Under the pieces are notes generated by a model that made no database searches, was not told the origin of the DNA, and was given only the letters and a program-made list of their open reading frames with translations. Made by a program: the position numbers and the translations under genes. This document shows positions 8,658 to 16,970 of a DNA stretch of 64,000 nt, one piece after another (position 1 is the first letter of the stretch; every line of letters starts with the position of its first letter). The DNA lies in NCBI GenBank assembly GCA_023431385.1, contig JAEYWA010000153.1:7272-71271 (forward strand), in the 5' to 3' direction. Source of the stretch: Bacillota bacterium. Its GTDB lineage: Bacteria; Bacillota; Clostridia; Acetivibrionales; DSM-1351.

Positions 8658-10133
8658 TTAACTATTACTTAATACTTTACCTATATCCAGAATCAGAATC
8701 ATTCTCTTACCGCCATCCAGCTTTCCAACACTCTCTACATAATCACTGTCAATCCCGCTGCTTAAAATGTCCGGAGGTGCCTGAATCAATGTTTTTTCAA
8801 ACCGTAGTACTTCTGAAACAGAATCAACAATTATACCTGTCCTCTTTCCACTGAAATCGACGATAATAATCCTTGTAGCGTCGGTCACCTGCTTTTCTGC
8901 GAGATTAAAAAGCCTTCTCAAATCCAGCGCAGGAATTACATTTCCTCTCAGGTTGACAATGCCTTCAATATAATAGGGGGCTCTGGGTATCTTGGTAACC
9001 TCTGTCATTCTATTAATCTCCTGTACATTAGCTATTTTAATGCCATACTCTTCCATGTCAATTTTAAAGGTCACCAACTGCTCTTCGTCAAGAATCTGGA
9101 CGGTTATACTTTTTTCCTCAGCCTGTTCTTCACAGGTCTCACTATTGCCTGTTATTGCACTTATCTCATCAGCGGATATCAGCTTTGCAGGTTCAAGCAA
9201 AAGAATCATTCTTTTTCCATTATTGAGCTTAGCTACACCCTTAAGCTGCTCCCCGCTGTGCTTAGAGAATTTTGGCGGAGGCTGAATAATACTTGTCTGT
9301 ACCCTTAGAACTTCTGAAATTTTATCCACCATAATTCCAGCAGTGAAGCTGCCCATGTCAACTACAAGAATTCTCGTATGGTCATCGATTTCCTTATAGT
9401 CCATTCCGAAGTAAGTCCTTAAGTTTATTATTGGGAGCAGGTTATTACGTATGGATACTACTCCCTCAATATGAGCCTCACAATTTGGAACTTTAACTAT
9501 TTGTGGAATACGGATGATTTCTTTTACATCCATAATCCCAATGGCATATTCTTCATTATTAAGAAGAAATGAAACCAACTGTTCTTCATCAATAGACTCT
9601 GTTATCGCACTGCTTATTATAGATTCTAATTTCTGTTTATCAGCATTTCGTCCGTTTAGTTTCTCTTTTCCGATTGTATTGACCTTCAAGGCCTTTACAA
9701 CATCTAAAAGCATGACCAACCTATTTCCATTGTCCAGCTTAACAACACCATTCAAATAATCTGAATCCACATTTTTTACTATCTGTGGTGGTTCCTCAAT
9801 GTCAGCTGTACTGACTCGCATTACTTCCGATACCCTGTCTACAATAACTCCAGTAGCCTTACCTTCAACATCTATGACCAGAACCCTGCTGTTTTCATCC
9901 TTAATTTTCCTTTCTAAATTAAACCGGGTTCTTCCATCAATAATAGGCAGGACATTTCCCCTTAAATTGCAGGCACCCTCCACATACGCTGGAGCATTCG
10001 GAACCTTTGTTATTTCAGGAACTCTGATAATTTCCTTAACATCCATGATATCAGCCCCGAATTCATCATCACCAAGAAGGAAGGTAACCAACTGGCGCTC
10101 TGTAAGGCCGGTATTATTTATACCAGTTGCCAT
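8658..10133 (-). CDS. Triple-CheW-domain coupling protein
   Basis: Three full CheW repeats (about aa 10-150, 185-325, 348-490). Each begins with QLVTF/QLVSF...EYAIGI/EFGADI...V.EI.R and ends with G(K/N)R.(I/V).LL(D/E). Confidence 0.85.
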   Translation of the reverse strand: MATGINNTGLTERQLVTFLLGDDEFGADIMDVKEIIRVPEITKVPNAPAYVEGACNLRGNVLPIIDGRTRFNLERKIKDENSRVLVIDVEGKATGVIVDRVSEVMRVSTADIEEPPQIVKNVDSDYLNGVVKLDNGNRLVMLLDVVKALKVNTIGKEKLNGRNADKQKLESIISSAITESIDEEQLVSFLLNNEEYAIGIMDVKEIIRIPQIVKVPNCEAHIEGVVSIRNNLLPIINLRTYFGMDYKEIDDHTRILVVDMGSFTAGIMVDKISEVLRVQTSIIQPPPKFSKHSGEQLKGVAKLNNGKRMILLLEPAKLISADEISAITGNSETCEEQAEEKSITVQILDEEQLVTFKIDMEEYGIKIANVQEINRMTEVTKIPRAPYYIEGIVNLRGNVIPALDLRRLFNLAEKQVTDATRIIIVDFSGKRTGIIVDSVSEVLRFEKTLIQAPPDILSSGIDSDYVESVGKLDGGKRMILILDIGKVLSNS

Positions 10134-10150
10134 AACTATTCCTCCGTTCT

Positions 10151-12091
10151 TTACATATTCTGAAGTTCATCGGCCAATCCTGATATCTCTTCGATGGCTT
10201 CTGCAAGTTCCTGCATACCTTTTGCCTGTTCAGAGGCTGCGGTTGATGCCTGTTGTGCTCCGCTGCTGGCCTCCTGGGCGGCAGTAGCAATTTGGTCAAC
10301 ACCCTTCCTTGCCTGCTCAAGGGCTATCATAGACTCTTCTGAACCCCTCTGAATTTCTTTTGCACCTGATAGTATTTTAATCATATTCTCTTCAATTACA
10401 TTCAGGTTGTGAGTAGTCTTTTTGGCCTTCTCAACTTCGGCAAAGGAGGTTTTGCTGGAAATATCCGTATCAGCCGATACCCTTTGGATTTGGTTCTGTA
10501 TACCTCTAACAAGGTCTTTTATCTTATCTGTATTTTCTGCCGACTCATTGGCAAGTGCCCTAATATCTCCTGCAACCACTGAGAATCCTCTTCCAAATTC
10601 TCCTGCCCTGGCAGCTTCTATAGAACCATTAACAGCCAGCATATTAGTTTGTATAGTGACATTCACAATGGCATCTACGATTTTATCGATTCTTCTTGTA
10701 GTCTCTTCAAGACTCTTTATGTTCCTTGCCGCTACAACACTGGCTTCAGCTGAAGAAGAAATTCCGGCAATCATATTATCAACAGCTATTTTATTGGCCT
10801 CCAATAACTTTTGGAGTTCCTCTATCTTATCCCCTGAGTAGCCTGACCTATCACTCATTTGTTTAGAAGCAGCAGCAAGCCTTTCTGCCAGATTTGCTGC
10901 TTTCTCAGTAAGCTCTGCCTGAGCCCTGGCACCAGAAGATATCTGCTCCATAGCTTTTAATATCTCTCCAGCTGTCGAGTTTGCCTCCTCCACATTTGCT
11001 GACAATTCTTCTGAAGCTGCCGCTAGTGACTCTGAGGATTTCTGAGCATCTGTAGATACCTTGAGGTCCTCGGCCATCTGAGCAAGATCAGCAGCACCGG
11101 CATTTAATTCGTTGAAAGCCTTATTCTGTATCTGGATGGATTTTTCTACTTCTTCAGCAGCGCTGCTCTGCTGCTCTGCTGCTGCTGCAATTTGCTCGGC
11201 AATACCAAGGAACTCACCCGCTCCTTTATTTGCATCCACTGCATTTTGTGATACCTCTGTTACATATTTTTGTACCTGTACAATCTCCTCATTGATTTTA
11301 ATCAGGTCAGCAGTAGTTCTCTTTGCTTTCTCAACTTCATCATTGGCCGCGTTGCCGGCATTTTCAATATCTACTACAACAACTTTTACATTGTTTTGTA
11401 TTTCAGTTACAAGTTCTCTTATATTCCTTGCAGATTTCTCAGAGGTTTCTGCCAGGTTTCTGACTTCATCGGCCACAACAGCAAATCCCTTACCGTGTTC
11501 GCCTGCTCTTGCTGCTTCTATGGCAGCATTAAGTGCAAGAAGATTAGTCTGGTCAGCAATTCTGACAACGGCCTGTACAATTTCTCCGATCTCATTGGAT
11601 TGCTTTTCAAGTTCTCCGACCAGTTTAACCGACTCCATATTTGTATCAGCTGACTCTTTAATTCCTTTAATCATTAACTCGATATCGTTGGATGTATTTT
11701 CTAGTAAATCCTTAGCTATATCAACTCTTTCAAGCGAATCCTTTGCGTTTATGTCAGCAACTACTGAAGCCTTGTCGATCTGGTTAATGGCAGCCCTTGA
11801 CTCTTCTGCCGCAGACGAAGCCTCACTGGCGCCCTTTGCGATTTGCTGCATAGTTGCGCCTAATTCTTCTGCAGCACTGCTGGCTTCTTCTATCCCTGAA
11901 GCCAGCTGTTCTGTAGCTACAGCTATTCTTTCAGCCAACTGCTGCTGTTTTGCCAATGTTCTAGCCCTTACCTTATCCTGCGCTTGTTTCCTCGCAAGTT
12001 CTCTCTTTCTCTCCATTTCATCTGTTGCCGATGCTAGTGCAGGTCCTTTTACACTTCTTTCGCTTGAAGGTTTTGCAAGCTTTTTTTCCAT
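10151..12091 (-). CDS. Soluble methyl-accepting chemotaxis protein with two tandem signalling (MA) domains, DosM-like
   Basis: No transmembrane segment. There are two hairpin-tip motifs exactly 300 aa apart: [35 protein letters not shown] (aa 181-215) and [35 protein letters not shown] (aa 481-515). Several methylation-site-like EE/QQ heptads are present ([27 protein letters not shown]). Confidence 0.85.
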   Translation of the reverse strand: MEKKLAKPSSERSVKGPALASATDEMERKRELARKQAQDKVRARTLAKQQQLAERIAVATEQLASGIEEASSAAEELGATMQQIAKGASEASSAAEESRAAINQIDKASVVADINAKDSLERVDIAKDLLENTSNDIELMIKGIKESADTNMESVKLVGELEKQSNEIGEIVQAVVRIADQTNLLALNAAIEAARAGEHGKGFAVVADEVRNLAETSEKSARNIRELVTEIQNNVKVVVVDIENAGNAANDEVEKAKRTTADLIKINEEIVQVQKYVTEVSQNAVDANKGAGEFLGIAEQIAAAAEQQSSAAEEVEKSIQIQNKAFNELNAGAADLAQMAEDLKVSTDAQKSSESLAAASEELSANVEEANSTAGEILKAMEQISSGARAQAELTEKAANLAERLAAASKQMSDRSGYSGDKIEELQKLLEANKIAVDNMIAGISSSAEASVVAARNIKSLEETTRRIDKIVDAIVNVTIQTNMLAVNGSIEAARAGEFGRGFSVVAGDIRALANESAENTDKIKDLVRGIQNQIQRVSADTDISSKTSFAEVEKAKKTTHNLNVIEENMIKILSGAKEIQRGSEESMIALEQARKGVDQIATAAQEASSGAQQASTAASEQAKGMQELAEAIEEISGLADELQNM

Positions 12092-12210
12092 AACAAAACA
12101 ACCTCCTAAAATTATTAACTTTTACATGAAAGTTTATTTGATTAAATGCACTTAAATACAGACCTTGCACATCTATATTTCTCGTACATCACATCCTTAG
12201 ATAGGAATAA

Positions 12211-12465
12211 CTAAGTTAATGAGCCCCCGATTTCAAGTTCAGGATTAAAAATTATGTAGAACATATTCACTCCATCTACTGTAGGTTCATTCCCTAAATA
12301 CCCATCCTTATATAGTGGAGTTATCTTTTGTCGAAGTTCTTCAATACTGCACATAATATTGTTTTGAACAAGTAGCCTGTGAATTTCTGCCAGTGTGTTA
12401 ACCTCCGATTCACTGCCCTTTATGTATTTTAAAAATTCCTCATCCGTCAACTGGAACATAAACAT
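12211..12465 (-). CDS. Hypothetical 84-aa protein inside the che-type cluster
   Basis: ORF only. It sits 28 nt after cheY and is co-directional. No recognisable motif. Confidence 0.35.
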   Translation of the reverse strand: MFMFQLTDEEFLKYIKGSESEVNTLAEIHRLLVQNNIMCSIEELRQKITPLYKDGYLGNEPTVDGVNMFYIIFNPELEIGGSLT

Positions 12466-12493
12466 TATCCTCCTTAATATATGTAAATTTATG

Positions 12494-12853
12494 TTAACTT
12501 TTGAATTTAGCCAGAGTTTTTATTACAACCTCTTCCTTATACGGTTTTATAATAAATCCTTTAGCTCCACTCATAATTGCTCTTTGTACGTATGACTCCT
12601 GCCCCATGGCAGAAACAATAACAACTGTGGGTTTATATTCCAATCTACTAATCTCCTCCATGCACTCAATTCCATCCATTTCAGGCATTGTAATATCTAG
12701 TGTAACTATATCCGGATTTAGTTCCTGTATTTTTTTTAACGCTATCCTTCCGTTTTCAGCCTCTCCAGCAACATGAAACCCATTTTTCTCCAGAATTTGT
12801 TTCAGCTGCATCCTAATAAAAGCAGCGTCGTCCACAATTAATACAGATGTCAT
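12494..12853 (-). CDS. cheY: CheY-like single-domain response regulator
   Basis: VLIVDDAAFIRMQLKQIL...IVTLDITMPEMDGIE...VSAMGQ...GAKGFIIKPY. The start is trimmed to ATG 12853 (MTSVLIV), with an AAGGGG Shine-Dalgarno sequence 7 nt upstream. Confidence 0.85.
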   Translation of the reverse strand: MTSVLIVDDAAFIRMQLKQILEKNGFHVAGEAENGRIALKKIQELNPDIVTLDITMPEMDGIECMEEISRLEYKPTVVIVSAMGQESYVQRAIMSGAKGFIIKPYKEEVVIKTLAKFKS

Positions 12854-13409
12854 AATAACCCCTTTCCAAGTAACAGATAATATCAAGTTTGAGCAATCGG
12901 TGATTTCCTTTTAATCTTAAGCCTTATCTACATTTTGTTAATAATTTTACATAAGTATTTTACATAAACTAGTATTAAAGCATATTTTTACCTACTAAAT
13001 ATTTACTATTTGGTATTACTACATAATAAGTAATAGATAATATAAAGATACTATAAAGAGATTTTCAGCATAGTTGCCATAACTAATTAACTTTTTTCAC
13101 CTGATGAAATTATGATAAAATTCAAAGATATGTATCAGGTGAGTATTCACTCGCCTGATGTAATTATAAAGTCCTATAGTTCAATATGTCAAGTCCCATA
13201 CTTATTTTTCCTATTGATTTTGCAATTTTTTAGAATTTGTTATGTTATGGAGAATTGCATAGAAGAAGTTGTTCAGTGTTTCTAGCAAATGAATTGTTTG
13301 ATAAATCCAAGAGATTACCGATTTAAAGCACATTAAAAAACCGACATTAGTGTTACGGCCTACTCGTAGGAGTAAATAAAATCATTATATTGTGTATAGA
13401 GATGGCTAC

Positions 13410-13441
13410 AAAAATGTGAAGGGGTCAATCTTGTCCCCTCC
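13410..13441 (-). terminator. Probable rho-independent terminator after the REC gene
   Basis: Minus strand reads GGAGGGGACAAGATTGACCCCTTC followed by ACATTTTT. It is a GC-rich hairpin with a U-run about 20 nt after the stop at 13463. Confidence 0.45.
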
Positions 13442-13462
13442 ACAAACTATCGAATAATTAAA

Positions 13463-13855
13463 CTAAAGTACCGCCAGCTTTCTCATGGCCTCTTCCAGCT
13501 TATTTAGTTCAATTGGCTTATTAACATAGGCTTCCAGCCCTGTCGTAAAAGCACTCATAACATAGTTTGTCTCTCCCAAAGCAGTAGTAACTATGATCTT
13601 TGTGCGATTTGCCTCTTCAATTCCTCTGACTTCCTCCAACTCTCGAATTGTCTTTAATGCCTTGATCCCATCAATTTTTGGCATCATGACATCAAGGCAT
13701 ATCAAATCATAGGGTTTTCCCGTATCAAGCCCCAGGATAAATGCCTCAATCGCTTCAATACCATCTATTGTTAGATCACATTCACCGTAAAAAGACATAA
13801 ATTTGAATATAAACTTCCGACTGGCAAAGTCGTCTTCTGCTATCAATATTTTCAT
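13463..13855 (-). CDS. Single-domain response regulator (REC)
   Basis: KILIAEDDFASRK...LICLDVMMPKIDGI...TTALG...NKP. It starts 2 nt downstream of the hybrid kinase gene. Confidence 0.85.
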   Translation of the reverse strand: MKILIAEDDFASRKFIFKFMSFYGECDLTIDGIEAIEAFILGLDTGKPYDLICLDVMMPKIDGIKALKTIRELEEVRGIEEANRTKIIVTTALGETNYVMSAFTTGLEAYVNKPIELNKLEEAMRKLAVL

Positions 13856-13857
13856 CC

Positions 13858-16068
13858 CTATTTTCCCCTCGTTTGTAATATATTTTTGAATGCATCACTT
13901 ATTTTCGGCATCTCATAAATAATACCTTTCAAATCTTCACGTCTTGCCGCAAGCTCTATTGTGAACGCAATTCTTTTTAACTCATCTGCACGAATACTGG
14001 CAGCAAGCTTTTTAATTATATTAGCTTCTTTCTCTATTGTGGTTATATCGTTGTTATCCAGAGCTTCTTTCATACTTTGGATGTGCTGTCCTATCCTTTC
14101 ATGCAGTTCAATGGTTTCCGTTGGATTCATGATCTTCTCATCAGTCTGTAGAGAGTCTAGGATTTCCCTCTCCTTTATTTTCTTAGCATACCTGTCAAGG
14201 ATAGCGTATAACTCTTCCATCCGCACCGGTTTTGCTATATATTCATCCATACCAATAGATAAAAAGCGTTCTTTATCTCCTTTTAAAGCATATGCGGTCA
14301 CTGCAACAATCGGAATGTGTTTTACCTCGCCTTCCATCTCCCGGATACGTTGAGTTGTATCAATACCATCAATTTCCGGCATTTTAATATCCATAAAGAT
14401 AATATCGAAATTCTCCTTCTTAATGATATCAAGGGCCTCTTTACCATTTGGTGCAATTTGCATTGTGTGCCCTTTATTCGATAACATCTGTTGAAACACA
14501 TTCTGGTGTACCTCATCATCTTCTACCAGAAGGATTTTCAGAGGAATATTCAGGTTTTTAACCAGGTCCTTATCGGCTTCTTTCTTTACAGGTACTTGTC
14601 CAACCATTAGAGGTAAAGTAAAGAAAAAAGTACTTCCTTCTCCCTTTCTGCTTTCTACCTGTATTGTACCGCCCATCCTTTCCACAAGCTGTTTAGAAAT
14701 TGCCAGTCCAAGGCCTGTTCCGCCAAACTTTCTGGTTATCGAACCATTAATTTGACTAAAGCACTGAAACAGTCGGTCCATTTCACTTTCATCAATTCCT
14801 ATGCCAGTATCTGACACTCTGAATAAAAGCTCAAAATTGTCCGATTTCTTAGAATGCTTTTCAATAGATAGTACAACCCCCCCGTTTTCAGTAAACTTCA
14901 ATGCATTTCCGATAAGATTATCCAAAATCTGTTTTAACCTCATGGAATCACCTATTAAATACGTCGGTATTCCAGATGAAAACTGATATTCCAAAGAAAG
15001 ATGCCTATGGTCTGCTTGAACAGAGTGAGCTTTTATTACATCCTCAATTAATCTATAAATATTAAAATTCGTATTATCGATAGTTAACTTCCCCGCTTCC
15101 ATTTTAGAAAAGTCAAGAATATCGTTGATTACCTTTAATAATGAGTCTGCGCAGGATTTTGCAACATTTAAATTATCCCTTAGTTTTTTATCAATATCTG
15201 ATACTAATGCCAAATTGAGCATTCCAATTATTCCATTTAAGGGAGTACGTATTTCATGGCTCATATTTGCCAGAAATTCGCTCTTTGCCTTATTCGCATT
15301 CTCTGCAGTCTCCTTTGCTCCCTCTAATTGCTTTTCGGCAGCTTTAAGATCTGTAATGTCATCAATGATTACCATAACCTGTTTTTCTCCAGAAACAGCA
15401 ACGGGTACAAAATTAATTTTATACCAAAGCTTTTTGTTTTTCCCGTTGATTATCAAGGTTTTCTGAATAATTTCATTATTGAGAGGTTCCCCTGACCGCA
15501 GGACCTGCCTTATTAATTTCCTAAGAGGCTTGGGAGTTACACCATGGCTATATCCCATCATTCTAACAAAAGCCGGGTTCATCTTCCTAACAACAATATT
15601 TTCGTCCACTATTGCCATTCCTAATGGATTTGACTCAAACTGAATTTCTAAGCTTCTCCATTCTCGGCGGAGTTCTTCCTCTATTGTTTTAATTCGTGTA
15701 ATATCTCTGAAAATGATAATAATCCCGGTAATATCATGCTCGGAGTTCCTTATTGGTGAACAACTGGCTGATATAAGTTTTTTTATCCCGCTTCTTGAAA
15801 TCAGAACGATATTACTCTGAAGTTCAACCGCTTTTCCAGCATCCAAAGCCATAGTAATCGGGCTTTCCATAGCTTCACCAGTAGTCGCATTTACTACTGA
15901 AAACACCTTGTCGAAAGCCATGCCAGTAGCAGTTTGTGATGACTGTTCTGTTATCTCCTCGGCAGCAGAGTTTATAAACGTTATTACTCCATCCAAATCG
16001 GTAATGATCACACCTTCTCCTATACAAGCAAATACTTCCTTAGAGTTTAATTCTTTCATCATTTTCAC
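13858..16068 (-). CDS. Hybrid sensor histidine kinase (PAS-PAS-HisKA-HATPase-REC-Hpt-like)
   Basis: H-box [16 protein letters not shown]; DTGIGI and [11 protein letters not shown]; [12 protein letters not shown]...[14 protein letters not shown]...VTAY...KP. The C-terminal four-helix region [20 protein letters not shown] aligns with the Hpt motif but has Asn where the His is expected. Confidence 0.85.
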   Translation of the reverse strand: MKMMKELNSKEVFACIGEGVIITDLDGVITFINSAAEEITEQSSQTATGMAFDKVFSVVNATTGEAMESPITMALDAGKAVELQSNIVLISRSGIKKLISASCSPIRNSEHDITGIIIIFRDITRIKTIEEELRREWRSLEIQFESNPLGMAIVDENIVVRKMNPAFVRMMGYSHGVTPKPLRKLIRQVLRSGEPLNNEIIQKTLIINGKNKKLWYKINFVPVAVSGEKQVMVIIDDITDLKAAEKQLEGAKETAENANKAKSEFLANMSHEIRTPLNGIIGMLNLALVSDIDKKLRDNLNVAKSCADSLLKVINDILDFSKMEAGKLTIDNTNFNIYRLIEDVIKAHSVQADHRHLSLEYQFSSGIPTYLIGDSMRLKQILDNLIGNALKFTENGGVVLSIEKHSKKSDNFELLFRVSDTGIGIDESEMDRLFQCFSQINGSITRKFGGTGLGLAISKQLVERMGGTIQVESRKGEGSTFFFTLPLMVGQVPVKKEADKDLVKNLNIPLKILLVEDDEVHQNVFQQMLSNKGHTMQIAPNGKEALDIIKKENFDIIFMDIKMPEIDGIDTTQRIREMEGEVKHIPIVAVTAYALKGDKERFLSIGMDEYIAKPVRMEELYAILDRYAKKIKEREILDSLQTDEKIMNPTETIELHERIGQHIQSMKEALDNNDITTIEKEANIIKKLAASIRADELKRIAFTIELAARREDLKGIIYEMPKISDAFKNILQTRGK

Positions 16069-16134
16069 CCTCTTATCCTGTACACCTCGGGTATGTTCAC
16101 CTTATCCTTGAATCAACAAAAAACTTGAAAATAA

Positions 16135-16734
16135 TTAGCAAGTCTCCATTATATAGTTGTGAGCTGTAAGAATCCTTTCCTTAAGTGGAAAGTTATACTT
16201 TCTCATTCTCCACTTCAAGCTAATAGCTGTAAAAGTACCCAGAATGATATCGGAATAGCTTTCACTATCAATATCAGGCCTTATTTCACCATAATCTATA
16301 CCTCTTTTAATGAGATATGTAATAAAACTTGATCGTGATTCGAATATCTCTATGATTCTGTGTGCAATTCCTGCCTCATTTTTCAATACCTCGTATGATT
16401 GCAGAATAGAGGTCATAGCAGGATAGCTTTCATAGTATTCGGCAAACCTTGTGATGAAGTATGTAATACTATCCTTGGCAGAAAACCTGTTCATTTCAAT
16501 AGTCTGCTTAATATCAACATCAAACATGGTATAATAGTCCAAAACAGCCAGAATAATCCCATCTTTGCTGCGATAATGCTTGTATAAAGTCCCCTCCGCA
16601 ATCTTCTGTCTTTTAGCTATTTCCTTTGTAGACAGACCCTGAAAACCCAACTCGTCTATAATCTCTATTGCAGTAAGAATAATTCCCTCTTTCCGTTTTA
16701 TATATATGCTCACATCAACACCCCATATACGCAT
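16135..16734 (-). CDS. TetR/AcrR-family transcriptional regulator
   Basis: Helix-turn-helix GFQGLSTKEIAKRQKIAEGTLYKHYRSKDGI. The true start may be a few codons downstream of 16734. Confidence 0.8.
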   Translation of the reverse strand: MRIWGVDVSIYIKRKEGIILTAIEIIDELGFQGLSTKEIAKRQKIAEGTLYKHYRSKDGIILAVLDYYTMFDVDIKQTIEMNRFSAKDSITYFITRFAEYYESYPAMTSILQSYEVLKNEAGIAHRIIEIFESRSSFITYLIKRGIDYGEIRPDIDSESYSDIILGTFTAISLKWRMRKYNFPLKERILTAHNYIMETC

Positions 16735-16917
16735 TGCGAGTAACCACTCACCTGATATTTTATGTTTTTTATTCTATAGTTATTACTTTCTTATGTCAAT
16801 GTAGATTTTCGTTAGGGTGTATATACCATTATCTTGTTTTCTCTTACCTTATACTTCTTATTAATAGTATTTCCCTGTAAGCACTAAATGATATTTCATT
16901 CCCATATTGTATGTACA

Positions 16918-16943
16918 CAAAAAAGCAATACCGAAGTATTGCT
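16918..16943 (-). terminator. Rho-independent terminator after the MutS-related gene
   Basis: Minus strand reads AGCAATAC-TTCG-GTATTGCT followed by TTTTTT. Confidence 0.6.
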
Positions 16944-16970
16944 CCTTTTACGTTTTATATTTATAGTATT

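Noticed and set aside
11112-12155. A 347-aa plus-strand ORF, together with other long plus-strand ORFs at 10422-10841, 11270-11653, 48062-48559 and 50136-50591, lying inside MCP genes
   Set aside because: These are antisense shadow ORFs. Their Ser/Ala/Leu-rich low-complexity translations mirror the Ala/Glu/Gln-rich coiled coils encoded on the minus strand. They have no RBS and no motifs.
1-12886. A CheA histidine kinase
   Set aside because: I searched all translations for a CheA-type dimerisation, HATPase and P5 (CheW-like) arrangement and found none. The only Hpt/P1 domain is in the 2072-3280 protein, which lacks a kinase core. A cheA may still lie beyond the left edge.
12894-12920. A sigma-D (FliA)-like promoter upstream of cheY (minus strand TTAA-N16-CCGATTG)
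   Set aside because: It only partly matches TAAA-N15-GCCGATAT, and the -35 element is weak. It is not supportable without transcription start data.
16743-16765. The recurrent motif CAGGTGAGT / ACTCACCTG, seen at 8567-8580, 13134-13144, 16743-16757 and 20306-20322
   Set aside because: At least two occurrences sit where a Shine-Dalgarno sequence (AGGTGA) is expected. The flanks are only loosely similar, so the recurrence is probably SD-like sequence plus chance. The palindromic copy at 13136-13157 is reported separately.
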